From Azolla caroliniana (lineage: Eukaryota > Plantae > Polypodiophyta), in contig JBHGNT010000021.1 in NCBI GenBank assembly GCA_043228905.1, positions 6,014,001 through 6,078,000 on the forward strand: a stretch of 64,000 bases of DNA, given 5' to 3'. Position 1 is the first letter of the stretch. Each line of letters starts with the position of its first letter. Positions 1-12,430 of this stretch are shown piece by piece. A program made the translations under genes and the position numbers. Below the pieces are notes generated by a model. The model worked only from the letters and a program-made list of their open reading frames with translations. It did no database searches and was not told the origin of the DNA.

Positions 1-1190
1 CTCATGGGCGACAGTAGACTGGAGCGACGAAATGAGTCGGGAAGAACTGCTAGCGGCGCATATACGGCAGCTCGAGCGGAGGCCAGAGGACGTGGAATGA
101 GCGGCGGAAAGACTTCGAGCGGCGAGGATGAAGAACAAAGCCCGGTTCGACCGGACACACCGGCTCCGACCGAAGAAAATCGAGGAAGGCGACTGGGTGC
201 TAGTTTACGACAGCAGCCCCGACAACCAGCACCGAGCAACACGGAAGTTCGCGAAGTGGTGGTTTGGGCCTTACGTGGTAACGAGCGCCAACGACAATGG
301 GACATATCACTTGGCGGAACTCGACGGTACGAGGATGGCGATGCCGGTAGCAGGGAAGCGGGTCAAAGCGTTCAAGAAATGCCGCGAAGACGAACCGGAT
401 CTAAGAGGCCTGGACAGCGAAGACGAACAGTCGAAAACGGAGGTCGAACCGATGGACGAAGAAACGGGACCAAGACCGGTTTTCTCCAACCAGAAACCAA
501 TTTTGGCGCATACCGGTGGATGCGCGGTTAGGTGGGGGCGGATGTCGTGAAGAAAACCGTCCCCTGGCGCAATCGGTGAATAGCGCACATGAACCGGCCC
601 TTCACGTGTGCGCACTCTTAATGTATATAATAGAGAATTAGGCACAGAGAGAGATCCGGGGTAGTTAGATTCGGTAGGTAGGAAGTAAATGAGGGAGACG
701 ACTCCCTTCTTGACGCTATAAAGGAGAGGGAGACGCAGGGAGAAGAGATAGCGCATTGAGGAGGACGAAGTGTTGTCGGACCGGAACCGAACGCTTCTCC
801 TCTGTCTGTTCTCTGTTGCGCTTCTCTGCAGGTTTCGGGAGGCTCGCGCTGCTTCGAGGAACGCCCGTGTGCTTCCGGCAGCACCTCCATCCTATTCCCA
901 TTTCGTGCGTAGACGAACAGGCATCGGCATCTGTCCGCCCACCTGTTTGGTTGTAGCCGCTCGCGTGTTCTGTTGTGTACTCGTTATTCGTTAATATACA
1001 AACACTTGTTTCTTCCTGTCTCTGTGTCCATTCGCGTCTTCTGTTTTGACGGGCCACGCCCCTGTGTTTCTTTGCTCATACGTGACCGCGCGTCTCTCTC
1101 CTTCTCTTTCCCCTTCTATCACCTGCTCTTCAGTTCAAGACCCCGGTGGTCCCGCCTTGTTTCTCCATGCACGCGCGTAACAACGCGACA
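1..1190 (+). mobile_element. Ty3/gypsy element A, 3' end only (integrase C-terminus, PPT, 3' LTR); inserted in the 3' LTR of element B
   Basis: ORF 128-550 has the integrase tail (KIEEGDWVLVYD...KWWFGPY). Purine tract at 527-542. LTR runs TGTCGTG...GCGACA; the 3' flank ACGT continues into B LTR sequence. Confidence 0.9.
543..1190 (+). repeat. 3' LTR of element A (648 bp)
   Basis: TGTCG...CGACA termini, TATAAAG at ~717; 5' end TGTCGTGAAGAAAACC is shared with B and nearly shared with E. Confidence 0.9.
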
Positions 1191-1194
1191 ACGT

Positions 1195-4119
1195 ATATAA
1201 ATATATGTATGCAGATGACTAGAACGGTTCCAACCGAACCGGTCGGCGAGACGGGTGTCGACAGCTGATCACGCACGCACACAGGGGAGCAAGATGGAGA
1301 TTCTGCCGAAAGCACACGAGCGTTCCACGGAGCAGAATCAGCCTCTCGAGAACCTGCGCAAAGAAAGCTTATGGAGAACGACACGGGAGAGGAGCTCGGT
1401 CCCAGTTCGACAGCACTTCCCTGCTATCGGTACCGCCATTCTCGTACCGTCGAGCTCTGCGAGATGGTACGTCCCATTCTTGTTGGCGCCTGTTACTACG
1501 TAAGGCCCGAACCACCCCCTCGCAAACTTCCGCGTGGGCCTGTGCTGATTGTCGAGACTGCTGTCGTAGACTAGCACCCAATCGCCTTCCTCGATCTTCC
1601 TTGGCCTGGACCGGTGTGTTCGGTCGAACCGGGTTTTGTTCCTTATCCTCGCTACTTGAAGTTTCTCCGCGGCCTGTTCTACGTCCTCTGGCCTCCGCTC
1701 GAGCTGTCGAATCCGCGCCGCCAACAGTTCCTCCCGACTCATCTCGTCCCTGCAGTCCACCGTGGCCCACGAGGAGATCGTTCGTTCTGTTGGCATGATC
1801 GGCTTCTGTCCGAACATCAGCTCGGCCGGCATGAACCCGGTTACCGAACTGTGCGTAGTCCAGTCCGCCCACAAGGCATAAGGTAGCAGCCATGGCTAGT
1901 CCCCGACTCGGCCTCTGCACGCCCGTACTAGCGCTTTGACAATTGGCCCGTGTCCGCGCTCCACCTTCCCGTTCGCCTCCGGATTGTACGCTGTGGTGAG
2001 CGAAAGTTTGACTCCTAGCCAGTCGAACAGCTCTTCGGCCTCTTCTGCGTCCAACTCACCACGGTCAGCTACGATCTTCCCTACGCACCCGTATCGGCAT
2101 ACTACGTCCTCAATAAAAAACCGGCACACGGCTGCCGTCGTCTTGTTCTGCAGGGCTCGGCCTTCAACCTGGTTCGTTAGATATTCACGAGCCAGCACCA
2201 GATACCGCATCTGTCCTACCCCTATTGGCATCATCACCAAATCCACCATCCACTTGAAGTGGATGGTCGGAGGGTAGGTCGGATGAAGCTCGTCCCGATG
2301 TCGGATCATGGAGTGCACCTGACAGCTTTCGCAAGTTGTCACGAACCGATGCACGTCCCGGTATAGTCCCGGCCACCAGTACTTCCCCTTTAGCTTTTCG
2401 AACGTGGCCCACGTTCCACGGTGTCCAGCCCACGGGCTATCGTGGTATGCCGCCAACAACTCATCATGTTCCTCCTTCTTCGCCACCACTCGGAGCGGGA
2501 CACCGTTCCTCTTCTTCGGGTGATTCCATATGTATCCATCCCGGAAAAAGAATCGGTAGGCTTTCTTCCGAATCCGGTTGGCCTCGTCCGTTGTCCATGC
2601 CGTGTCCGGTGTCATTGTTTTTAGGAACCCGCCAATCTGCAGCCACTCCCCGTCGTACTTGCTCTCGTCGAAGTCGTTAAGCGTCGGAGAGCATTCCCCG
2701 TTGGTTGTCACGTAAGCCGCCTCGAAGAAGTCCACGCCGACTTCCTCGTCCTCTGAAACCATGCCGCCGTCGTTTTCGATCCTCGCCCTTGAAAGCATGT
2801 CGGCCATGGCGTTGTCTTTCCCGGAAATGTGTCGTATTTCCGGATTCAGGGACTTGATGTACGCTATCCACCTAAGCATTGCCAGGTCCGGCGTCGCGCA
2901 TCCGGAAACCATGCCCAGAATTGGCAGGCAGTCCGTCTCGATAATTACCTCTGTCCCGATTAGGTAGTCTCTATCGGCCTTTACCGCCGAAACGACACCC
3001 CAGAGCTCATGTTTAACCTGGGCGTATCCTCGCTGTCGCTCGCTGAGGACCTTCGCGCCGAACCGGATCGGGAAGCGCGTGCCGTCCTCGCCCTCTTGGT
3101 TGATGACCCATCCGATCCCGGTCGGACTCGTGTCCACCGTTACGTAAATTGGAGTGCTCTTTTCGTAGACAGCCTTTCGGAGCGCCGGAGCCGCGGCAAG
3201 TGCTTCCTTCATCTTCCGGACAGACTCTGAATGCTCGTCTCTCCACTCAAATTTTCGCCCCTTTTTCAGCAACCCGTATAACGGCTCCGCGATGTGAGCG
3301 TAATGCGGGATCCATATGTGGTAGAACGCGCACGCACCCAAGAACCTCCGAACCTCCGTGATTGAGCTACAATCGTTCTTCATCGCGGAGATGGCTTCTA
3401 CCTTAGCCAGAGATGGTTTCCGGCCGTACGACCCGCATAGGTGTCCGACGACCATGATCTCTGATTGCCCGAAGGTCGATTTTCCCCGGGAGAAGGAGAG
3501 CCTCGCTCCCTCCAACCTCTGCAACACCTTCTCGCAGTCATGAATGTGCGTCGCCACGAATTTCCGGCATCTGTCCGGTCCGATCGTCTCGTCCCTTTCC
3601 TCCACCGGGCATCCCTTGATCGGGACGTCGTCCAAAAACGGCATGGTGATGTCCGGGATACAATCGAACCGGTCGGCAAGACGGGTGTCGACGCCTGATC
3701 ACCCACGCACACAGGGGAGCAAGATGGAGATTCTGCCGGAAGCACACGGGCGTTCCACGAAGCAGAATCAGCCTCTCGAGAACCTGCGCAAAGAAAGCTT
3801 ATGGAGAACGACAGGGGAGAGGAGCTCGGTCCCAGTCCGACAACACTTCGTCCCCTCTAGCGTGCTATATCTCCTCCCCCCCCCGTCTCCCTCTCTTTTA
3901 TAGCTCAAGGAGGGAGGCCGTCGTGCCCGTTTACATCACATTAATTCTCTGTCCTTTCGGACAGAGATGCTCCTCGATTTTCCCTATAGAATATTGCTAC
4001 CTAGGATCGGTCCTTTGTGCCTACCTATCTACTGTACCACAAGGGGCGTGCCCACGTGTAAGGGCCAGTTTACACATGCTATACACGATTTGCGCCTGGG
4101 GATGGTTTTCTTCACGACA
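1195..4119 (-). mobile_element. Ty3/gypsy element B, doubly deleted; inserted in the 3' LTR of element C
   Basis: Partial 5' LTR 4119-~3665 is fused to mid-RT. Partial 3' LTR 1419-1195 is fused to the integrase tail. The LTR pieces 1225-1419 and 3665-3849 are near-identical. The right flank ACGT resumes C LTR sequence (compare 13595-13640). Confidence 0.9.
1416..3664 (-). pseudogene. pol: B pol: RT (C-terminal part)-RNase H-integrase
   Basis: ORFs 1896-3644 and 1338-1874 are in one frame, separated by one TAG. Motifs MPFLDD, VDTSPTGIG, HDSPWAGH...CESC, WMVD...ADRGE...GKVE, WFGPY. Confidence 0.9.
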
Positions 4120-4799
4120 ACGTGTTCGATTCCAACGCAAGAGGACCCTTTATAAAATAGGGTTTGATCACAATGGCAACTTATAGTTAACCACAAGCTC
4201 AATCAAAACATAAATACTAAAGGCCCTTAGAGACAAGAGCAAATCCGAACAACGCGAAGAAGACGAGGACGTGGTGATGGGGGGGATGAAGGGGTATGAG
4301 ATGGAGAGAAGTGGTGAATAAGAAGATGAAGACCTCCGAAGGAAAAATGGCGATAGTCTCCTCCTCCCAAAAAAAGTGTCCTCAAATGAGCCCCCCTCGA
4401 CCTCCTTTTATAGAAAAAAAAGAAATTAGGGGTCACCAATTTTATCTTCAATGAAAAAGGAATAAAATTCCTTCAATCACACTACACTATAAGATTAGAT
4501 TTGAACCATGCACCTCTAGCTAGAAGTCAATGTGACTATCCACTAACCCATTAACTCTCTCTTATATAATATATAATTTTATCTCTATAAATTCTTAGCC
4601 TGTCTCCCATCTACCTTTTATCTCTCCTCTCTTTTACTTTTTGCACGAGCTTCTATACATCCTTTCCACCCTTTCTTTTGCCTTTTATTTTGCATATGCA
4701 CAACAAATCGCCTTTGTGTGCACACACATTGCACATGCACATTTTGACCCCCCCCCTTTTGCCGGTTTTTTCCACTCTTGAGCACGCCACATCACGACA
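4120..4799 (-). repeat. 3' LTR of C (part right of the B insertion)
   Basis: Direct repeat of 13595-14425 with a ~150-bp deletion near 4250; starts TGTCGTGATG right after the PPT at 4800-4815. Confidence 0.92.
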
Positions 4800-7457
4800 T
4801 CCAGCCCCACCAAACCGCACATCCTCCGGTATGTGCCAAGAACGGCAGGCTGAGGGTGTTCAATAGTTCATTTCCTTCTCCTCATTGACCCTGCAACTTG
4901 TTGTTTTCTCGCCTTTATCTTCGTCAAGGTCATCGAGGTTTGGCTCCCTGTTGTGTCGCTTTTTGAAGATTTTGACCCGCTTCCCTGCTATTGGTATTGC
5001 CAGCTTAGTCTCGTCGAGTTCAGCGAGATGGTCGGTAGCATTATCATTTGCACTCGTTACCACGTACGGCCCGAACCATTGCTTTGCGAATTTTCGCGTC
5101 GAGCTATGTTGATTGTCGAGGTTACTATCATATACAATCACCTAGTTTCCTTCTTCGATCTTCCGAGGGCGTAGTTGGTGTGTCTTGTCGAACCGGGCTT
5201 TGTTACTTAGCCTAGCTGCTTCTAACCTCTCCTTTGCCAACTCCAAGTCTTCGGGTCTTCTCTCAAGTTGCCTTATCCTTGTTGCTAGAAGCTCTTCTCG
5301 ACTCATCTCGTTTTCCCACAGCATCACTACCCATGATGCGATCATGTCTTCGATGGGCATCACTGGCTTTTGTCCGTACATGAGTTCAGTAGGCATGAAA
5401 CCTGTAACTGAGCTAGGAGTTGTTCTGTCGGCCCACAAGGCATAAGGTAGTAACCGAGGTCAATTCCTGACTCGCCCATCGCAAGCTCTTAGAATGGCTT
5501 TTACGATAGGCCCGTGTTTGCATTCTATCTTTCCATTAGCCTCCGGGTTATAAGCGGTCGTGAGAGAGAGCTTCATTCCAAGTCGTTCAAAGAGCTCTGT
5601 AGCTTCGTGAGCATTCAACTCTCCTTTGTCAGCCACTATCTTTCCCACACATCCGTACTGGCAGATGACATCCTCGAGTAAGAATTTACACACCCCTGCC
5701 GTTGTTTTGTTTGCCAAGGCTCGTCCTTCTACTTGGTTTGTTAGGTCTTCTCTTGGTAGCACCAAAGATTTCATCTGGCCCACTCCCATCGACATCGAAA
5801 CCAAATCCACCATCCATTTGAAGTGTATGGTGAGTGTGTAGGTCAGGTGCAACTCGTCCCTATGGCGTATGTTGGAGTGTATCTGGCAGTTTTCACACGT
5901 CCCCACGAAATGGGCGACATCCTTGTACATTCCCGGCCACCAATACTTCTCCTTTAACTTCTTGAATGTTGCCCACGTTTCTCTATGGCCTGTCCAAGGA
6001 CTCTCGCGGAACTTAGACACCAATGTTGTCTAGTCTTCTTCCTTTATGACCACTCGTTGTGGCGTCCCCGTCCTTCTCTTCAGGTGCCTCCAGAGGAATC
6101 CCCCTCGTAGGAAGTACTTGTACGCTTTCTTTCGGACTCTCTGTGCTTCCTCTTTTGACCATGAACTATCCACCGTCATTGAGCTTAAGAACTTGCCAAA
6201 GTGTAGCCACTCCCCTTCGTATTCACTTTCGTTGAAGGCGTGGAGTACTCGCACATCTCGATCATCTATAGACGCTTGGGTCGTCTTAAAGAAGTCAAGA
6301 GCGACATCCTCATCTTCAGACACCATGCCGCTTTCGCCCTCGAATCTTGCCCTATATAGCATATCTACCATCGCATTGTTCTTCCCTGAAATGTGGTGAA
6401 TCTTTGGGTTCATTGATTTGATGTAAGCAATCCACCTTAGCATAGCTAGGTCAGGTGTTGCACATCCCGAAACCATCCCTAGGATTGGAAGGCAATCCGT
6501 CTCTATTACCACCTCTGACCCGATTAGGTAATCTTTATCCGTCTTTACTGCGGACACAATACCCCAAAGCTCACGTTTTACTTGGGCATATCCTCGTTGT
6601 CACTTGCTTAAGACCTTGGCTCCGAACCGGATGGCGTAGTGTGTACCATCCTCTCCTTCTTGGTTTATGACCTATCCAATCCCTGTTGGACTCATATCTA
6701 CCGTCACGTAGATGGGCACCCCTTCCTTGTATACGGCTTTTCGTAAAGCTGGTGCCACTACCAACATTCCTTTGAGCCTCTTCATTGCCTCTGTGTGCTC
6801 TTCCTCCCACTTGAACTTCCGCCCCTTCTTGAGTAGCCCATACAAGGGTTTGGCTAGGTGAGAATAGTGCGGGATCCAGATGTGGTAGAATTCACATGCA
6901 CCAAAAAATCGCCTCACCTTTGTTTGCGATTTACATTCTTCCCTCATATTTGTGATGGCGTCCACCTTTGCCGGGGACAACTTCCGCCCGTACGCCCAAC
7001 ACAAGTGTCCCACCACAAGGATCTCCGGTTGGCCGAATGCTGATTTCTCACCCGAGAAGATCAAGTGTGCATCTTCGAGTCTTTGTAGAACCTTCTCGCA
7101 TTCAGAGATGTGATATGCCACAAAACGTCTGCACCCATCCTCGTCCAAGGTTTCATCTTTCTCTGGTTCAGAGCACCCTTTTATGGGGATGTCATTGAGG
7201 AACGGCATGGTGACGTTGAGGATGCAATCTCTCAATACCTTGTTCATTGCATTTACCATGTGGGCTATAGAGTTAGTGCCTCCTTGTGGCAAGGTACACA
7301 TTCGCACTAGGTCGATAGGGGTCCGCATCGTCATGATGTCCCTACTCTCCACAGCTAGTTGGAATTGATCATACCCTGAGTATAGATCACCCATCGAATA
7401 AATAGACCTTCCAGCGAAGGCCTCGGTGAATTCGTCAACGCTCGGTCTGACCCTTGC

Positions 7458-8729
7458 TCCAATCCGATAACGGAGGTGAGTACAACTCAAGAGCCTTCAA
7501 ACAGTACCTGTCCGGAAAAGGGATCCGACACCAAAAGACCGTTCCCTACTCACCCATGCAAAATGGAGTGGCAGAACGGATCAACAGGATGATCCAAGAG
7601 AGGGTGACATCAATGCTCCAACAAGCCGGACTAAAGCCAGAATTCTGGGCCGAGGCATTGCAGTCGGTAGTATGCCTGATCAATCTAGCGCCGCCAAAAG
7701 CAATCAGGTTCGAAGTGCCACAGGCACTATGGTCAGGCAAACAACCGACCTACGATAGGCCTCGTATATTTGGATGCGAAGCCTACGCATTTATCCCCAG
7801 GGAAAAAAGGATGAAGTTGGCACCCGATGCAATGAAGTGCATATTTCTTAGTTATGGAACCGATGGGGACTTCGGCTACGGGCTATGGGACCTTGAGAAC
7901 CGGAAACTGATCTGGAGTAGTCACGTGGTCTTCAATGAAGACTCTATCTTCTCTCATCGGAACCAACAGAAAATAGTTGGTAGAAGGTATCCTTCGAAGA
8001 TGATAGCATTGTCGTAGAAGGACCGACCCACCGGGCTGAATCGGAGACTCGACAAACAGTCGAACTCCAACAAGCCGCCAACTTCCCTGCCGACACCGAA
8101 TTGGCAACAATTCCTATCATCTAACTCCAAGACAAAGTCATCAAAGACACAACCGAATCGACCAGGATCGATAAAGGCAAAGTCACCAAGAGACAAGTTA
8201 GAAAAGAGTCGACGACAACCACAGGGGATGACAACCAGACACTGTCAAAATCCCAATTTGGGGACGGGACACCTAACAAGACTCCTGATACAGATGGTTC
8301 AACTAATACCGATCGACCAAGAGAGCTGATCGAAGGATCCGAACCAAACATCTCGGCACATAGGAGATTTGGACGAGCTTGAAGGCAAACAGAGCTCTAC
8401 CAACCGGGCCTCGACTACGTGAACTACACGGATGTAGGCGAACCAAGCACCTATGAAGAATCTATGGCCGCACCGGATGCCGAAACATGGCTACAAGCCA
8501 TGCAATCCGAAATGGACTCGATTCATCAGAATCAGACAGGGGAGCTAGTCGAACTACTAGCTGGAAGGAAGCCGCTACCTTGCAAATTGGTTTTCCGATA
8601 CAAGTATGTATCCGACTCAGAGAAACCCAAGTACAAAGCTTGGCTTGTCGCAAAAGGATTCAAACAAGAATACGGGGTCGACTACGATGAGATATTCTCA
8701 CCAGTAGTTAAGATGACCACCCTCCGACT
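7458..8729 (+). pseudogene. Ty1/copia fragment D (integrase core to start of RT), no LTRs
   Basis: SDNGGEY...PYSPMQNGVAER (7454-8017); EPSTYEE...[11 protein letters not shown]...[21 protein letters not shown] (8419-8729). Confidence 0.9.
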
Positions 8730-9333
8730 TGTAAAAAGAATAGTGTGTGGAATCAAGTAGAAACCCGAACACCGAGAATATGCAAGTTTAATGGAGAGCT
8801 TGTATATGCACAGTACGCGGGAGAGACAGAGAGTATACACAAAGAACTAAATTCAAAAATAATACTCAATCTGTACAAAGGATGTGCTTAGTGAGCACTT
8901 TTATACAAGTCCATACGGACTGACATAAGTACTGACACGTACTTCAATGCTCATAAGCGAGCTCTACACTAACTCCCAAAATGTATTCCTATGCGGAATA
9001 TCTTCCAAACGGCCTCGTGGTTTACGCACCGCTACGGCTTCTCATTGCGTACCAATCTGCGCACCGGTTTACACATCCGGTTTTCGCATTGGTCCGGCCT
9101 AACCGATCGATCCCAACCGATCCGGTTCTCGGCTTGCACAGCCGATCCAGCCAATGTTGAGCTTGTATCTCAACACTCCCCCTCAAGCTCAACTTGAGGT
9201 TCCATCCGCTCTTCCGGATCTGCGCTCCGGTTCCTTTTGGCTTCACGCCTTGCTCGCGCTCCTCGACCCGTTCGATTCCGTGCGTCTCGACCCTTCTAGT
9301 CGGCTTGTTTGCTCACACAGCCCTTCTCAGATT
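8730..9333 (-). mobile_element. Copia fragment L: 3' LTR (8730-9175), PPT and short 3' internal piece, inserted in D
   Basis: Minus strand TTGAGGGGGAG-TGTTGAG...TTTTTACA; LTR similar to those of I, J and M. Confidence 0.85.
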
Positions 9334-10201
9334 CCTTGCATTTCGAATTGTCACTTGATTAACAGGTTGTAGGTCTTGGATGAAGCGTGTGCCATTCTTC
9401 TTTGGCCCAGTGAACCACCGATTCGAGTATGGGGCGCTTGATGGCTCGAGGATACCCATCTCGATCTTTTCCTTGAGTAGCTCAATCAACTTCGGGATGT
9501 GAGCTCTCGGAACCGGGATTGGTTTGATGTTCCACGGTACATGCGGCACCGTAAAGATCACCATTGGCTCCACGATCTTAGGGTTTACACACCCTATCTC
9601 ACCCGACGAGAAGGCGAAATCCCTTCTATGGCTTTCAATCATCCTTCTAAATCTCTCCTCCTCCCTAGGCAATAGGAAGCCACCCCCACCAATCTGGAAC
9701 TTCTGTCGCGTCTCGTCGGTGAACCAGTGCCCTATGCCTCGTGGGTCCCGCAAGCTAGGATCAGCCGCTACCCCCTTTATCCGATTTTCTCTATCATTAG
9801 GCAATGGGGCAGCCACAGGCTTCACCTTCTTGTCCACGGTCTTGTACTTTGTTTGCACCTTGACTGTCCTTGCTTCCTCAATCAACCGCCCAAGCTCTTC
9901 GATGGCGGTGTACATGTCAACTGAGTTGACTAGAATTACCTTGTCTTCATTGAGGCCCGAAACGACTACCCTCTCCATCTCTCTGAGAGTGTCATCGAAC
10001 GAGACCGCCTCCATGGCACCGCTTATGGTGTCATCTTCCCCTAATAAATTACATTGTTTGAGATACCTTTAATATCTATTGGCCCTAGACTTATCTCTAT
10101 CACTTAAACTAGTAATTTCACAAGCTCCATTTTTGGAGAACCAAAATTGTTTCCTATTACATTTAATAGTTTTACAAGGGTTTAGGGTCTTAGTTTGCCT
10201 T

Positions 10202-10245
10202 GGGCTATTGCGGCCCCACTCTTTATTAGCCCGCATCAAAAATCC
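10202..10245 (-). promoter_or_regulatory. Putative -1 ribosomal frameshift signal of C
   Basis: G_GAT_TTT then TGA, 6-nt spacer, stem GGGCTA...TAGCCC; the pol ORF is in the -1 frame. Confidence 0.7.
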
Positions 10246-12412
10246 TCTCGGCTCTCCCCTTTGAGGGAGGCCCGATTGCGCTCATGGTTGGGCCTCACCG
10301 TAAGGAATTGGACCGAATGCTTCCCATCTTGGCTCTTGACCCTCGCATATGCCGACCCGTTGCCTAGCACCTTTGTTTCCATGCGAGCCGTCGTGATGTA
10401 TGGTTCACCTAAGATGACCGAGTGCGAGGACGTCTCTTGAACAAAGAAATGTTGATCTATTTCTAAGTCCCCCACCTTCACACGTACATTCGGGCAAGCC
10501 CCGTATAGCTCCTCGGTTGCTCAGGTCGCCGCTCTAATCTTCCACCCGTGCTTCATGTTGATCGACCACTTTCCTTTTTATAAAAGTCCATGGACATAAG
10601 GTTGATGTCAGAGCCATAGTCGATCAATGCTACAACCGGCTCTTTTACATCCCCGACCCGTATCGGTGTCTCTGTTGTCACTCTCGCCCAATGCGGCCTC
10701 GTGTAGTGACTGTCCGCATAGTCTTCGTCTTCCTTGGGAACCTCAGTTGACAATGCATTTACAATCGCGGGCTTTGATACTTCTTGCTCTGTCGAGAGCC
10801 GCTTCCTCTTCATTAGGTCGATGATGACCTCATGGAATTCGTTCTTGGCAATTCCGAGGACCTCTCATAGAGTAAACTCTACGCGACTGTCGAGGATCCT
10901 CTCCTCCACTACCTTCTTCAAGTCTGTTGCTTGTTCGATCTCTGAGCAAAGCTTGAAGTTTGGGGGGTTCCCCGTCTCTTTCCATCTTTCGTCGCTTGCT
11001 TGAGACTGGTTCGGCTCTTCCCTTCTTCGTGCACCTCGAGTGTCGTATTTCCTTGATGGACCAGCTCCCTCATCATTTCCTACCTTCTTCTCTTCTACCA
11101 TTACTTCGTAGTTTTGGCAAGCGGCTTCCACTAAGGCTGTCTTTTCTTCCGCCGGATCCTTCCACCCGGTTGCTTCTTGGACCCTTCTTTCCGTTTCGTC
11201 CGCTTCTTCTCTTTTGAACTTTGCCTTAAAGAGGCTTCCAAGGATTGATGGCCAAAAGTCAAACTCTTTCTCCTCTTGCCTCCTCACCTCTTTCCCCACT
11301 CGGATCCCAGCCGACGTCGAGTAGTGGACGGCTTCAACATGTCGTGCTTCGGCCTCCTCCATTAGCCTTGTCATGCCCCCTCGGCCTTGATTCAATCCCA
11401 AGGGGCGCCTTGTCTCCGTCGAATAGACCCTATTGTTCCAAAGATAGACAATATCCCTTCTTAGGGCATCTTGAAAGTCTCCACACTCCCTTCGTTGGTG
11501 GTCGGGGTTGTCGCACCACATACATCTTTGCGCGAACGGGGGATGTTGATCTTGAGGGCCGCCACTCTCTCTCCTAGCTTGCGCTATTTGGAGATCTCGC
11601 ACCATCTTTGTGAGCTCGTCTATTGCCGACCCTCCAGATGGTGCTTCAACCACGCTTCTCTCGGGGATGAACCTTGCATTTGCTTGCTCTCTTTCTTGAG
11701 GTATTCTACCACCCCTGGGTTTGTGTGTCTCACTAATGGAGCTTGTGGATGTTTGGCCACTCAACGGAGAACCGTCGTTCCATTCCCTTCTCTTATCGAA
11801 GCGACTATAAACCCGTTTTACCATAGCCCAATCCGTCGTGAGCCCATCATCAGTATCGAGGGGGGACCCCACCTTCTCTCGATCTCGTCCATCAACAACC
11901 TTTATGAATAGTAGGACCTTGCTTGTGTCAAGCACCATCCTATCGAGAGTTGAGAGTCGCGCGAAGCGCTTCTCAAATTCTTGTAGAAGTACCATAGTAT
12001 TTCTCCCCTTTCCGGGAAGCTCAACCCACTCCATTAGATCCCTCTTCGAAATTCTTAGTGAGTCATCAAGGTCGTACTTCTCGAGGAGTCTTTCTTCGAA
12101 CTCCACCCAATTGCAACGGTCCGCTTGGATCTCGAGTACCTTTGCGTGGATACTCGGCGTTACCACTCTAGCGAATCCGGTTAGTCACCTATCTTTGGGG
12201 ACGTTTCCCATAAGCATTTTGGCCTTATAGGCATCCAAGTAGCTCGTGGTATCTCCTCCATTGAGCCGATCCCTTATGTTGACCACTGTTTCCATGGCCC
12301 GGTCTAGACCGGTGATGCCTTCTCGGGAATTTACCAAGCGGTCCACCGCCGCCGCCATTGCTTCAGCGAGTTCTCCTCCTCGCATCTTGGTTCTCCCTTG
12401 CCTCCCTTTCAC
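10236..12412 (-). pseudogene. gag: C gag-protease
   Basis: ORFs 12185-12412, 10865-12166 (zinc knuckle CMWCDNPDHQRREC), 10553-10813 (ALIDYGSDINL) and 10236-10481 (VILGEPY). Confidence 0.88.
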
Positions 12413-12425
12413 TTCGGGCTCACCA
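12408..12425 (-). promoter_or_regulatory. PBS of C (tRNA-Trp type)
   Basis: TGGTGAGCCCGAAGTGAA, 5 nt after the LTR end; compared with the plant tRNA-Trp 3' end (...UUCACGUCGGGUUCACCA) from memory. Confidence 0.75.
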
Positions 12426-12430
12426 ATTTA

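Larger units (their letters stand above)
4860..10245 (-). pseudogene. pol: C pol (RT-RNase H-integrase), several stops/frameshifts, split by the insert at 7458-9333
   Basis: ORFs 9313-10014, 6672-7490 (YSMGDLYSGYDQF, MPFLND), 6030-6557, 5460-6023, 5142-5438 and 4860-5141 are collinear with B, E and F pol. Confidence 0.9.

Noticed and set aside
1416-3666. Element B as a reverse-transcribed spliced RNA
   Set aside because: One junction lacks a GT/GC donor, the PBS and PPT are lost, and U3 survives in the 5' LTR, so DNA-level deletion fits better.
4120-4133. B-box-like GTTCGATTCC beside the B insertion (Ty3-style Pol III targeting)
   Set aside because: No A-box is visible in the intact copy near 13600, and the other insertions of this lineage lack such a box.
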